64,000 nucleotides of DNA from Octopus vulgaris (Eukaryota): the NCBI GenBank assembly GCA_951406725.2, contig OX597822.1, positions 31,930,001 to 31,994,000 on the forward strand, in the 5' to 3' direction. The translations under genes and the position numbers were made by a program. The notes beneath the pieces were generated by a model. The model was not told the origin of the DNA. It saw nothing but the letters and a program-made list of their open reading frames with translations, and searched no databases. Each line of letters begins with the position of its first letter. The stretch's first letter is position 1. Below are positions 51,635-64,000 of this stretch, one piece after another.

Positions 51635-51770
51635 TTGCAGCGTGGGGAGTGTTTATAAGCCATTTAAGAAACACACAAAAACCGTTAGATTCACTTCAAC
51701 ATATAAATTTAATTTGCCAAAATATTTTCCTCTCTTTGAGACCGCGACCTGTTCACTGACAAATTTCCAA
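51635..51770 (-). mobile_element. Penelope-like pLTR remnant with a damaged G3-C8 hammerhead motif
   Basis: Matches 54095-54223; stem II mutated. Confidence 0.6.
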
Positions 51771-52329
51771 GCCACTGTTACGGAGACGTAAGGAGACCGA
51801 CACCGGTTATCAAACATTGATGAGGGACAACACAAATACACACACACAACACAAACATACAAAAAAAAATTAATTATACCATGCTTTTTTCATTCCCATC
51901 AAATATCTTAAACTATCCCTTCCTTTCATTTACGCACCACACACACACATACACACAGACACACACACACACACACACACACAAACGACAATCTTCTTTC
52001 AGTTTCCGTCAAAACTTTTTTTACTGCCTCTTCGTTACTTTTACTAACGCTATTTCAGGTCTCCTTTGCTTAGATTTCAACAAAATGAAATACGTCAGAA
52101 AAACTTTCCCTATAAGAGGAAAATACCACTTATACATAAGTTACGTCTATATTATCATATGAAGTGTCTAAAACAATATTTCAACCATTAATATTATCAG
52201 AAATTTTGCATGTAGAATACAAACTGTGCACTTTTCAAAATTAAAGATAGATATTATCCGAACTGGGAACAGTCGACTTATAACTTAAGCCATGAAGGTT
52301 TTTATTTGTTTACGTTAAATATTGATTTC

Positions 52330-52772
52330 ACTTTTTGGCACAAGGTTAGAGATTTGGTGGGATGAGTAAGACGATTTCATCAACCCCTAGTGCTGGATTA
52401 GTACTTATCCTATCGACCTCGAAATCAGAGAAGGAAACGTCGACCTCGGCGGAATTTGAAATCAAAACGTAATGACAGACGGAATACCGCGAAGCAGCTT
52501 GCCTGTTATGCTAACGATTCTGCCAGCTCGCAACCCTGTTTATTTGATATATTGACATTGAATATTGATTTCAATTTTCTGCACAATGCTAGTGATTTTG
52601 AGGTAGGGTTAAGTCGATTATCCTAGTGCTCAAGTGGTCCTTGTTTTATTGACCCTGAAATGATGAAAAGTAAAGTCAACCCCGACGGCTTTTGAACTCA
52701 GAACGTAAAGGCGGACGAAATTCCACCAAGCGTTTTGTCCGGCATACAAACTATTCTGCCAGCTCACCACCT
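52330..52772 (-). mobile_element. Two diverged tandem SINE family B copies
   Basis: cgacctcggcggaatttgaa..ctgccagctc present twice. Confidence 0.7.
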
Positions 52773-53250
52773 TAATGTTTGCATATTAATATTAAGAAGA
52801 AAATTTCAGTAGCATTTAAAGTCTTCAATATATCTCTTATTATAAAAGGCAGATTTTATCTGCCTCCCTTTGGGAGTTATACAAATCTACAATATAGGAT
52901 TTCTTCAATTACAATTTACCTTGCATTTTTAAGAGTACAATGTATCGCGTCATGCCAGGTCCGGTTTTTAAAATTTAAACTCCAGTTAAGCAAAATTTAC
53001 AGAAAACTCACATTCTGGTGTGTGTGTCAAATGCTTTTCTTAGTCTGGTTTACAGCACACGCAAACGCACACACACAGTGGGCAACGAATAAAATGAAAG
53101 TAATTGACTTACTGTAGTGAGTGATTCTTTCACTCTGCCTCCCACTTCCTCTTTCCACACAGACACGCAAATATATAAATAAAATTGTAAGCTAACGTGC
53201 GTGTGTGTGAGTGGTTGTGTGTGGGTGTGCGCGTGTGTGTGTGTGTGAGG

Positions 53251-53288
<38 letters not shown>

Positions 53289-53350
53289 GCGTGAGTGTGT
53301 GACAGGAAAGTTTTTTACGACGAATATAACACCTATATCCAAGTAGCAGA

Positions 53351-53725
53351 AAGATAAGACAGTAAGGTGTGATTTGAGGGAGATTTGGCTGCTATTTCTA
53401 CCATGTCTAGCTGCCATGTAGGGGTCTCCCTCATAGGCTCATACATACATATATACATAGATAAGACAGTAACGTGTGATTTGGGGGAAATTTGGCTGCT
53501 ATTTCTACCAGGTCTAGCTGCCATGTAGGGGTCTCCCTCATAGGCTCATACATACATAAATACATAGATAAGACAGTAAGGTGTGATTTGGGGGAAATTT
53601 GGCTGCTATTTCTACCAGGTCTAGCTACCATGTAGAGGTCCCGCTCATTGGCTCATATATATATACATACATAAGACAGTAAGGTGTGATTTGAGGGAGA
53701 TTTGGCTGCTGTTTCTACCAGGTCT
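53351..53725 (+). repeat. Minisatellite of about 3.5 units of ~108 bp
   Basis: ataagacagtaaggtgtgatttg..tttggctgctatttctacca..gtctccctcataggctcatacatac repeated; the core also occurs dispersed (about 16600, 17325, 63845). Confidence 0.85.
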
Positions 53726-54094
53726 GTTAGGCCTTCTCATGTAAACTCAAGCTTTCTCATGCCTTCAACATAAGACCAAAGCAGAGAATGTATTCTTTTA
53801 TTCTTCTGCTTTTTCCAGCCATTGGTCTGTGGCCATTCTGGGGCAATGCCTTGAAGAATTGTAGTTTAATGAATCAACTCCAGTTTTATTTTTGTAAGCA
53901 TTGTACTTATTCTATCTGTTTCCTTTGTCAAACCACTAGGTGACAGGGATGTAAACAAACCAACATTCGTTGTCAAGCAGTGGTGGAGGACAATCACAAG
54001 CACAGACACGCACACACACACACACACATACATGCATACACATATACACACATACATACATACATACATATATATATATGTGTGTATATATATA

Positions 54095-54353
54095 TTGCAG
54101 CATGGAAGGTGTTTCTAAGCCATTTAAGAAACACACAAAAACCGTTACATTCACTTCAACATTTAAATTTAATTTGCCAAAATATTTTCGTCGCTTTCAG
54201 ACCGCGACTTGTTCACTGACAAAAATATCGTGCTAACAGGTCGCGGTTTCAAAGCGACGAAAATATTTTCACAAATTAAATTTAAATGTTGAAGTGAATC
54301 TAACGGTTTTTGTGTGTTTCTTAAATGGCTTATAAACACCTTCAACGCTGCAA
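54095..54353. mobile_element. Inverted pair of Penelope-like pLTR fragments (~119-bp arms, 21-bp spacer)
   Basis: 54095-54213 is the reverse complement of 54235-54353; TA flanks. Confidence 0.8.
54173..54223 (-). ncRNA. Minimal type I hammerhead motif with G3-C8 core swap
   Basis: tttgtca GTGAACA a gtcgc ggtctgaaa gcgac GAAA atat TT tggcaaa. Confidence 0.65.
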
Positions 54354-54515
54354 CTGTTTTCGTTCCAGCACACGATCTCAGATCAAGTCACTTGCTATGC
54401 AAGTACATCTCTGTAACTATATATATATTTATATATATATATATATGTATATTGGTAAAAACAGTAAGATAACAAAAGAAAGAAAGAGACCTCAATATTA
54501 TGTAAATAGAGGAAA

Positions 54516-54910
54516 TCTTTATATATAAAAGTGAGGTTGTGTGCCTGTCTCCTACGATTTAGATTCCTAACTACTCCCACATTTTGCGGTGTAGTTTTAC
54601 CAAAACCGGGTATCTTATAGTCGTGATTCATATCGAGACCGTCTGGGTATTAGCGCGCGTCTACGATGAGTCTACGATTTAAAAAAAAATTTACCATCAA
54701 TTTTTCCCATTTTTAATCCATTTTTGACATATATAAGGGAAGTAACTCTCTAAAATTTATTATTAAATCTCAGAACGTAAAAAGCTACAGTAACACCCCT
54801 CCCCCTTTGTGGTTAGCCATATTGAGATGGCTATTATACTTTACATCTCTAAAAATGCTTATATAATTATTTCCCTTACAAACCCGAGCAACGCCGGGCG
54901 ATACTGCTAG
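54516..54910 (+). mobile_element. Non-autonomous Helitron
   Basis: 5' a|TCtttatatataaaag; 3' hairpin cccgagcaacgccggg followed by CTAG|t. Confidence 0.8.
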
Positions 54911-55334
54911 TATATATATAAAAATGCTAGATATTATTATTATTTTTTTTTTGCATTCTTTCGATTTGACTCAACGAGACCGAAACAAAACTTCGGATAT
55001 CTTCGTGACCTCCGCGACAGCTGCTAAAATGGGAGGAGGAGAAGAAAGCTAATGGGTTGTGTGTGCGTGCTTGTTCTTACACACACACACACGCACACGC
55101 ACACACACAGAGACAAGAACAAGCAAGAACTTTCCGTCTGCATTCAGTAGAGAGAATGAAAAATGAGTTTCACCTGTGGCGATAGAAAAGCAGAAGTAAC
55201 CACTTAGAAGCGTACTGTAAGTTACAACTTTCATCAATCACCCTTCAAATACATATAGGTCTGAAAGGGAACTCAATACGCATCTAAGGGTTCAAGAAAT
55301 GTCACTGACAACGGGATAATCCTCTGTGGAGATG

Positions 55335-55500
55335 GCGAGTTCAAATTCCGCCGAGGTCGACTTTGCCTTTCATTCTTTCGGGGTCGATTAAATAAGTACC
55401 AGTTACGCACTAGGGTGATGTAATCGACTTAATCAGTTTGTCCGTCCTTGTTTGTCCCCTCTGTGTTTAGCCTCTTGTGGGTAGTAAAGAAATAGGTATT
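55335..55500 (+). mobile_element. SINE family B, 5'-truncated
   Basis: Family B body and tail. Confidence 0.8.
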
Positions 55501-55619
55501 ACCGTGTATGATGATGTACGAGTGCGTGCCAGGAAGTCTGTTTCGATATTTGAGTCCGTCAGTCCGTCTACCTCTCGGCTTGTCTGTCTATTTGCCTGTC
55601 TATCGGTCTGTATATGTGC

Positions 55620-55692
<73 letters not shown>

Positions 55693-56212
55693 GTATGCAT
55701 GTATGCAAGTTCGCCTATTTGAATACATGTATGCCTATATTTTTGTCTGTCTGTCCTACAAGCATTTATGTATGTTAACTTTCTTCTTTAATTATTGCAA
55801 TTCGCCCAATAAAAAAAAAGGAGCTTCTATCTAACAAAGAACAAAAATCAATCGCTGGAATTTTACATCGTAACAACGAACATGTTGAACTTTAGAAGAA
55901 TAAGAGATTGCATTATTATGTGTATCTGCATACGTACGTGCAGGGATGTGTAGTTATGTATGCTTTCATCTACATATGCGTATGAAACTCTGTATATATA
56001 AATGAGAAACATTCAATTATTCTACTCACTACTGCAGTAAATGGAATTAAATGATTCATTCCAATAACCGGTAACGGGTATCCAGATTATTGATTTTAGG
56101 CTTTGCTTCAAGACAAGAAGTTTTTACATTCATGCATTTCTTATATGTTTTCGTGGGTTAGTTATGTATATCTACAATTACTGCCTCCCTAACTCCCTCT
56201 CTCCCTCTCTCT

Positions 56213-56270
<58 letters not shown>

Positions 56271-56432
56271 GCACACACACACACACACAACACACACACA
56301 CACATATATATACAGGGAGAGAGAAAGTGAGAAACAGGGAAATACATATATACAAGCATGCATGTTAGTGTATATATATATGTATGTATATATGTATATT
56401 TGTGTATATATATATATATATATATATGAATA

Positions 56433-56490
<58 letters not shown>

Positions 56491-56579
56491 TATATATGTA
56501 TATATATATTTGTGTATATATATATGTGTGTGTGTGTATGGACAGAAGTGTATTCCCAAGCACGAAACATATAGAATTT

Positions 56580-57200
56580 GATCTGGTGTTTGAAAATACA
56601 CCTGAATCTAAAAATGTGAAGATGTGGTGAAGTCGTTTCTTGAATTCTGGGAAATATTTATTCACATACCAAACTAGTTTAGACAACTTATTTTGTTTAT
56701 CAATGGTACAAATATATAAATAAACGGTTTAAGAGAGTTTAAATTTACAAGGTAAAAATTGGACAAACATGTATTAACTTTCAAATGTTCAAATGTTCAC
56801 AGAAATCTCAATGAGTTTCACAGGGACAGCTGGCAATAGACGTGTAAATGTTAAGTGATCATAACAAACGTACATAATTGTTCAATCAAACTGAGTTTTT
56901 GTAAAGAATGTGGAGAAGAAAGAGAAAAAGATGGAGAAAAAGAAAAACGGTTTGTTTACAATTTCTGTCGAGGTGCGTGTAGTTCTTTTTTCATCTTCAA
57001 TCTCACTGCATTGGCCTCTTTTCCTTTACGACTTATTGGAATTTGAAATGCTTTAAGGTCGAGTCTTTCAGTATACATATGTTTCACCGAAAAATATCGT
57101 ATTTTTGATTGGTTATAATTCTGATGACGTCTTATTATTTTTCTCTAGAGTGTTTTTGGTCAAATGCTTTGTTTTGACAAAGTCTGGTGTTTTGGCTGGT
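56580..57200 (-). repeat. Diverged copy of the long repeat found at 33620-41100; another piece at about 58370-58450
   Basis: Shared tttattcacata..caaactagtt..aatggtacaaata and gttataattctgatgacgtctta. Confidence 0.55.
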
Positions 57201-57208
57201 TAGCTTCC

Positions 57209-57436
57209 TATTTCTTTACTACCCACAAGGGGCTAAACACAGAGGGAACAAACAAGTACAGACAAACTGATTAAGTCGATTATATCGACCCCAGTGCGTA
57301 AGTGGTACTTATTTAATCGACCCCGAAAGGATGAAAGGCAAAGTCGACCTCGGCGGTATTTGAACTCAGAACGTAGCGGCAAACGAAATACAGCTAGGCA
57401 TTTTGCCCGGCGTGCTAGAGATTCTGCCAGCTCGCC
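57209..57436 (-). mobile_element. SINE family B
   Basis: Reverse complement of family B. Confidence 0.85.
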
Positions 57437-57748
57437 AGCTTCCTGATTACATTTTTACCCTGTTGACCATGGTCAAGGAACAAGTTCTCATTGGTTGTAG
57501 GTTTCGTGACCTCACTTTATTTTGATCAAAATCATTTTCTGTTTTGGACAAAATATCTTGGCTTTGACACTTGAAAAACTTCAACCTAACTCCGATTGAA
57601 TATGGAAATCATATTTCATTAAAAAGTACGAACCGCAACTAAACATTCTATAATAATACACCAAAAAGAGCAAACCTAATTTTTCCACGAGAAACGACTA
57701 GAGACAAAACGTGTAAGTAAAAGGTTACCTCAAGCATTCGAAACCCCT

Positions 57749-57902
57749 AGTGGCTGTGTGGTAAGTAGCTTGCTTACAAACTATATGGTTCCGGGTTCAG
57801 TCCCACTGCGTGCCAACTTGGGCAAGTGTCTTTTACTATAGCCTCAGGCCGACAAAAGCCTTGTGAGTGGACTTGGCAGACGGAAACTGAAAGAAGTCCG
57901 TC

Positions 57903-57941
<39 letters not shown>

Positions 57942-58162
57942 TGTACGTGGGTGTATATGTTTGTTGTCTGTGATTGTCCTCCCAACATCGCTTGACAACC
58001 GATGCTGGTGTGATTACGTCCCCGTAACTTAGCGGTTCAGCAAAAGTGACAGATAGAATAAGTATTAGGCTTACAAAGAATAAGTCCTTGGGTCGATTTG
58101 CTCGTTTAAAGGTGGTGCTCCAGTATGGCCACAGTCAAATGACTGAAACAAGTAAAAGAGTA
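57749..58162 (+). mobile_element. SINE family A
   Basis: Family A blocks. Confidence 0.85.
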
Positions 58163-58455
58163 ACACCATACACTTTCTCAAACACCAGTTGTTGACGTCA
58201 TCTCAGACAAAATCAATGAAATATTTCCCCGGGCAGGACCGGACTCTCAGAAAAATACAAATAGAGACCTTTTTATGGGAACAAAGCATATGGAACGTCA
58301 GATGACCATGAGGCAAAAAACAACGTATTGAATCCCTACCAGGAAGTCAAACAAGCAGAATTTCTTTTGGGGGTTGAAAACACCTGAATTTAAAAATGTG
58401 TAGTCGTTTTTTAAATTGAGTAAAAGATTTATTCACACACCAAACTAGTTTCTAC

Positions 58456-58555
<100 letters not shown>

Positions 58556-59726
58556 CACACAGACACACATACACACACATACGCACAAACACACACAGAC
58601 ACATACAGACACACACGCACAAACAACACACAGACGAAAATATCTTGTGAAAGATATATATGGCATGTATATGTGTATATATATGTATACACGCACACAC
58701 ACACACACACACACACATACAAACATATATATCGTTTGGCATGTACTTATAAGATAGGTAACAAGATATATGTTACGTTAGTCATTCCATTCTATGACAG
58801 AAACGACGAGTATACACACATAACGCACACACGCATATATACATACATATATATATAAGCATTATTTATACGAATGAGATGATACGCTCGTGTATATATA
58901 TATATATGTGTGTGTGTGTGTGCGTATATGGAAATATCTAACTATGAAGTATGAAACAGACTACGGTATATTCTGATGCTCTTTTCTACAATGTGATCTA
59001 ACCTTTTTATCTAAGTACTAAACACAGATGCAATTTGTGTCCCCCGTTGCGCACAGGTGTTAGAAATCGTCTGTTTTTATGTTCAGCAATGGAACTACGC
59101 TTTTTCTCTCGTCTGTGAACCCGCCTTTTAGACAGCTGGATTCGCTTGTGGTAAGTAAATCTTACTGAGAAGTTAGCAGTAGTGATTTTAGTGCAAAACA
59201 ATAACAATATAAAAGAGAAAAAAAGCACAACAACAACAACAGGTATGACAGTTGCTGCATCAGCAAGAGTAGCAGCAACAGTAGCAGCAGCAGCAGAAGT
59301 AGTAGTAGTAGTAATAGCAACAGAAGAAAAAGTCAAGAGCAGCAGTTGTAGTACTTATTATATAATTTGTAAAGCACTGTAGCAGTTGTAAGAGAAACAG
59401 CAGTAAATGCAGCGGTACCTGCAGCAGTAGTAGCGGTTTTGGAAAGTAAATATATAAGAAAGAAATATAAGGAGTAGTATTGACCATTTAATCTTTCTGG
59501 ATTAATTTGAAATAGAAAAATAAATCTGATTTATCCATCATGGTGGTGGTGGGGTGTATAGCATGGACGAGTGTCTTCTGCTAGAAATATACTCGCGCAC
59601 ATGCACGCACACGCATAACCGCACACTACACGCGCACATGCACACATACACACACACATATCACATATATCATATCGCCGGGCTGACCAATGACTTTCTG
59701 ATAGAAACTGCGTGTAAACCCGCCAT

Positions 59727-59759
<33 letters not shown>

Positions 59760-60761
59760 CACATACACAAACACACACACACACACATGCATTCATGCAA
59801 ACCTTCATGCATATACACACATTATGTGTGTGTGTGTGTGTGTCCGTCTGCTTGTTTCCTCATTCTGTTCGACAAACGGTATTGGTTTGTTTACGTTCCG
59901 GAAACATAGTGATTCGGCATTAGAGGCTATGGAGTAAATAGTACCAAACGCAAAAACAATCTAGTACAATGGTTTCGCTTGTTCAAGTAATACCCTTGAA
60001 AGCGGAGCTACAGCATGGCCACAGTCTAATGGTTGAAACAAGTAAAAAAACAAAGAAGAAAAGAAAAGGCTTGAGAGTAACCACCTCAACGAGATTACGC
60101 GGTCGCTCGGATTGCAAGAAACAACAGCCATATCTTTCTCAATTTAAAATCTCTAGGTTTACAGAACTTAAGAAAACGAGAAAATGGTCAATTCTCTCCC
60201 AGAGTTGACCCAGGGTTAATAAAACAACGAAAATTACAACGACGCTCATGTTTTATCGTTCATTTGTAATTGTGCCCGTCATTAGACTGGGGAACCTCCT
60301 TCAAGGGTTTTAATTGAACAAATTAACCCCAGTACTTATTTTTTATTCCGAAGGTTGGCACTTATTCTAGAGGTTATTTTTGCCGAACTGCTAAGTTACA
60401 GGATCGCAAGGGAACCAACATATACTGTTAAGCGGTGATGGAGGACAAGAAAGACGGAAATTGACACACGCACGAACAGCGCACACACATATATTATATT
60501 ACATTGTATATATATATATATATTGCATACGTTGCTCCAGTTCACTCAGCTGTAGAAATGAGTTGCGACGTCACAGGTGCCAAGCTGTATCGACCTTTGT
60601 CTTTCCCTTGGATAACACTGGTGGCGTGGAGAGGGGAGGCCGGTATGCATGGGCGACTACTGGTCTTCCATAAAAACAACCTTGCCCAGACTTGTGCCTC
60701 AGAGGGTAACTCTCTAGGTGCAAACCCATGGTCACTCATGACCGAAGGGGGTCAAGAGATA

Positions 60762-61006
60762 TAAGCTTAAATCTTATAGTGGTCACCTTGCAATGACTAA
60801 GGAAAATAGTCCTATAATGAGGCATATAAGCCCTAGACAGAAAAAAAGTAGGCTTTCCCATCTGCGTGGGATTCGAGCCCAAAGGGATGTGGGTTCGAGT
60901 TCCACACGAATGGGAACCCTCCTTTTTCTTTCGAGGGATAATATACCTCATCATTAGAGGATTTTCATTAGTCATTGCATGGGGATCGCTTTAAGCTTTA
61001 AGCTTA
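60762..61006. mobile_element. ~245-bp foldback (whole-length imperfect palindrome) MITE-like element with central B-box-like motifs
   Basis: taagcttaaa/tttaagctta, gcaatgactaa/ttagtcattgc, atgaggcatat/atatacctcat, gtgggattcgagccca/tgggttcgagttccac. Confidence 0.7.
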
Positions 61007-61078
61007 CATAAATACCATTATTATTATTTACAGGATTGTAAAACTCGGCACCATATAACAAAACCATTCGCACCGAAA

Positions 61079-61129
<51 letters not shown>

Positions 61130-61131
<2 letters not shown>

Positions 61132-61510
61132 TCTTTTACTCTCTTACTTGTTTCAGTCAGTTGATTGCGGCCATGCTGGAGCACCGCCTGTAGTCGAACA
61201 GATTAACACCAGGACTTATTATTTGTAAGCCTAGTACTTATTCTATCAGTGTTTTGCCGAACCTAAGTTACGGGGACGTAAACACACTAACATCGGTTTC
61301 AAATGATGGTGTGAGATAAACACAGACAGACACACACAGACACGCGCGCACCCATATATATATGACAGGCTTTTTTCAGTTTCCGTCTGCCAAATCCACT
61401 CACAAGGCTTTAGTCGGACCGAGGCTATAGTAGAAGACACTTGCTGAAGTTGCAATGGGAGTGAACTCGGGGGCACGTGGTTTTCGAAACAAGGTTGTTA
61501 CTAGCGATGT
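61130..61510 (-). mobile_element. SINE family A, diverged
   Basis: Reverse complement of family A. Confidence 0.8.
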
Positions 61511-61545
61511 CTGCAACTATATGATATATGATGTATATGTATATA

Positions 61546-61615
<70 letters not shown>

Positions 61616-64000
61616 TGTATGTATGTGTGTGCACGCGCGAGTGTGACCAGGCTTTACAGTTTCCGTGTAGCAAATTCACTTATAAGGCTTTGGTAGAAGA
61701 TACTCTCCCAAAGTGCTGCGCAGCAGAACTAAACTCGAGGCCACATGATTGAAAAGCGATCTTCTTAAAATCACAGCCGTGCTAAGGCCTATATGTACAA
61801 TGACAAAAGCAATTCTATGTCACCGCTGTAATTGCTGTAAATAGCAGTAAAATATCCCTCACATTGCAACGTCTACCATCTTGGCAATTGACGTACTGGA
61901 TAATGCTCTCCTAGGGTCCTTGAATTTAAGTATAACACAACTAATGACTACTTGTGCCACAGGTATATATTTTCATTTTATAAAACTTTGTAAATCTGTT
62001 TTGATGCTTAACTCTACCGGTTTTCGTAAATACCTACGTACCCAAGTCGAAACATACTCAAACAGATGCGTACGCAATCGATCACTCACAAAAGTTGTAC
62101 AGAATAAGATATGAGTTAGATGGAGGAAGTATCGAATTTACAATTGGGAAGGGCTCCAAGACTGGAGCCCTTCTGGAGTTAGTTTCGAGAAACACCAGGG
62201 TACAGAGAAAAAAATTCCAGGTCTGTGCATGATGAGTTGTCGTTGAAGGAAGAATTTAGAGTTAAGTAGGTTCGAAGACTGCATTTCCTAGAGCTGGTTT
62301 TCAGGAACACAAAAGATCATGTTTGCGCGGAGTCTTTAAATACAAACATTAGACTCAGGAGGGTTTTAACCAGTATTTCATAGAACTTGTTTTCAGGTAG
62401 AGTATATTCCTCTGAAAAACTCTTTGTGAAATGAAGTTTCGTTAAATAAAATTTGTTAAAAGTTTACTTAATTAAAACAAAAATGACGAGCAATATTTTA
62501 CAAATAAAATCTTAATTGACACTCCGTCCGTTAAGACGGGGAGTGTTTCCGTTGTCTGCTCGTGAAATTAACGTGCAAGTGACCGAGTACTCCACAAACA
62601 CGCGTACCTTTGACGTAGTTGTCAGTGTGATTTAGCGTGAACAAAATGTGATAGAGCTGGCCCTTTTAAATTACAGGTACTACTCATTTTGACAGCTGAG
62701 TGGATTAGAGCAACGTGAAATAAAGTGTCGGGCCGCATATCGAACTCACAACTCTACTATCTTGAGCCGGATACCCTAACCGCAAAGCTATGTGTCTTCA
62801 CATACCCAAATAATACATCATGTTGTCTTTTATTGTTGAATAAGAACAAATTTTCTGTTTAATACAATTACTTCATTTAATAATTGGTTATAATTAGGAA
62901 TGTTCTTTTCTCTTAAATATGGGAATGGTTAGCTTGAACTTTTGAAATCGTGCAAGAGTTTTGTTATAAAATAAGTTTCGTGTTCATGCTATTAATTTGC
63001 CGGTTCCTACTTAAAAATTATATTAGAAAGTATCACTAAAATCGAAAACATATGCCTTGTAACTATTTTTCGGGCCCATGCGGTTTGTGAGGTCCTAAAC
63101 TGTTGATTCTTAGCTTATACCTAAATCCAACATACTCTAGGTGGTAGATGTGGTGGTGTTACTCTTTTCTATCGGATGTGTTTCCCCTTCTTCATTATGT
63201 GACCTTGTGGGAAAATGTGAGAAATCAATATAACATTTATCAGTATTCCATAAAACTGCTTCAATCAACAACAAAAGCTGTCAAAACAACAACAAACAAA
63301 CAATAGTGCGATATAAGCAGCAGCAGTAGTACTAGCAGTAACAGCAGCTCAGCCGAAGCAGCAACATCTCGCCTTCTCAAATTACGGAGAAGAGTGAGAA
63401 CAGAAACAAAAACAAAAAGAAAAAAAGAGAGGAAGAAATAGAAGAAAAAAAATCCTTTAGTAATAGCAATCCTTCCTTTATGTTATAATGAGTAAGATGA
63501 AGGGAAGCGAAGCAGTTCACGGCTGCAGGCTTTTAGAACATGTTATCATTTATTTGTATCAATGACACAATGAAAGAATGGAAAGAAAAGTTGACTCATG
63601 AAATTTGAAGCGAGAACGTAAAAGATCGTGAACTAAATACACACAATTTCGCCATTCTGCTCTACCAGTTTACCATTTACATTAGTATGTATTCGTTGAC
63701 AAGTGTTTCACTGTAGAAATCGCCGATGTTGTCGTTTAGTTCTGAGTTGATAGAGAAGGATAAGAACCACAAAATAGCTTTTATTTTCAGATATATTCAG
63801 TCTAGATTTTACACTATCCATTTTATTTTTCTTCAAGTCGGTAGGATGTGATTTCAAAGAGAATTTCGCTGCTGTTTACTAGGAGGCTGAGTGACCGTGT
63901 AGAGGCCTCTGGTTTTGGTTCGAGTGTTTAGTTACAGTGTAGTGTACGGGTACATTGGAGTAGCATAATTTAATGCACAAGGATGCACGATTATCGAATA

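Noticed and set aside
59087-59150. 64-nt candidate exon (ttttatgttcag|...GTG|gtaagt; NGTTLFLSSVNPPFRQLDSLV)
   Set aside because: Splice-like signals alone are expected by chance in 64 kb; no homology or partner exon recognised.

Overview
AT-rich animal genomic DNA made almost entirely of microsatellites and transposon debris, with no convincing host protein-coding gene. The SINE families and repeat load suggest an octopus/cephalopod genome (inference). Nearly all supplied ORFs are microsatellite or SINE artefacts. Supportable elements: about 25 copies of two tRNA-derived SINE families; a decayed Gypsy LTR element with a nested R4/Dong-like LINE; Tx1/L1, RTE, CR1 and RLE LINE fragments; an ORF1-only (HAL1-like) retroposon with a 16-bp TSD; a mariner remnant; MITEs; Helitrons; and a ~7.5-kb region of alternating-orientation repeats. 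The main signal is RNA structure. (1) A ~360-bp tandem and inverted retrozyme-like array carries five type I hammerhead motifs, and a diverged, covarying monomer lies elsewhere in the window. (2) Several minimal Penelope-type hammerhead motifs occur, including a G3-C8 core variant. (3) Four full and two partial copies, in unrelated repeats, have the three hammerhead core strands in the order UH, GAAA, CUGANGA. This is none of types I/II/III; it is held together by four covarying helices and is a candidate new pseudoknotted hammerhead topology. All folds were read by eye and none has been tested for activity.
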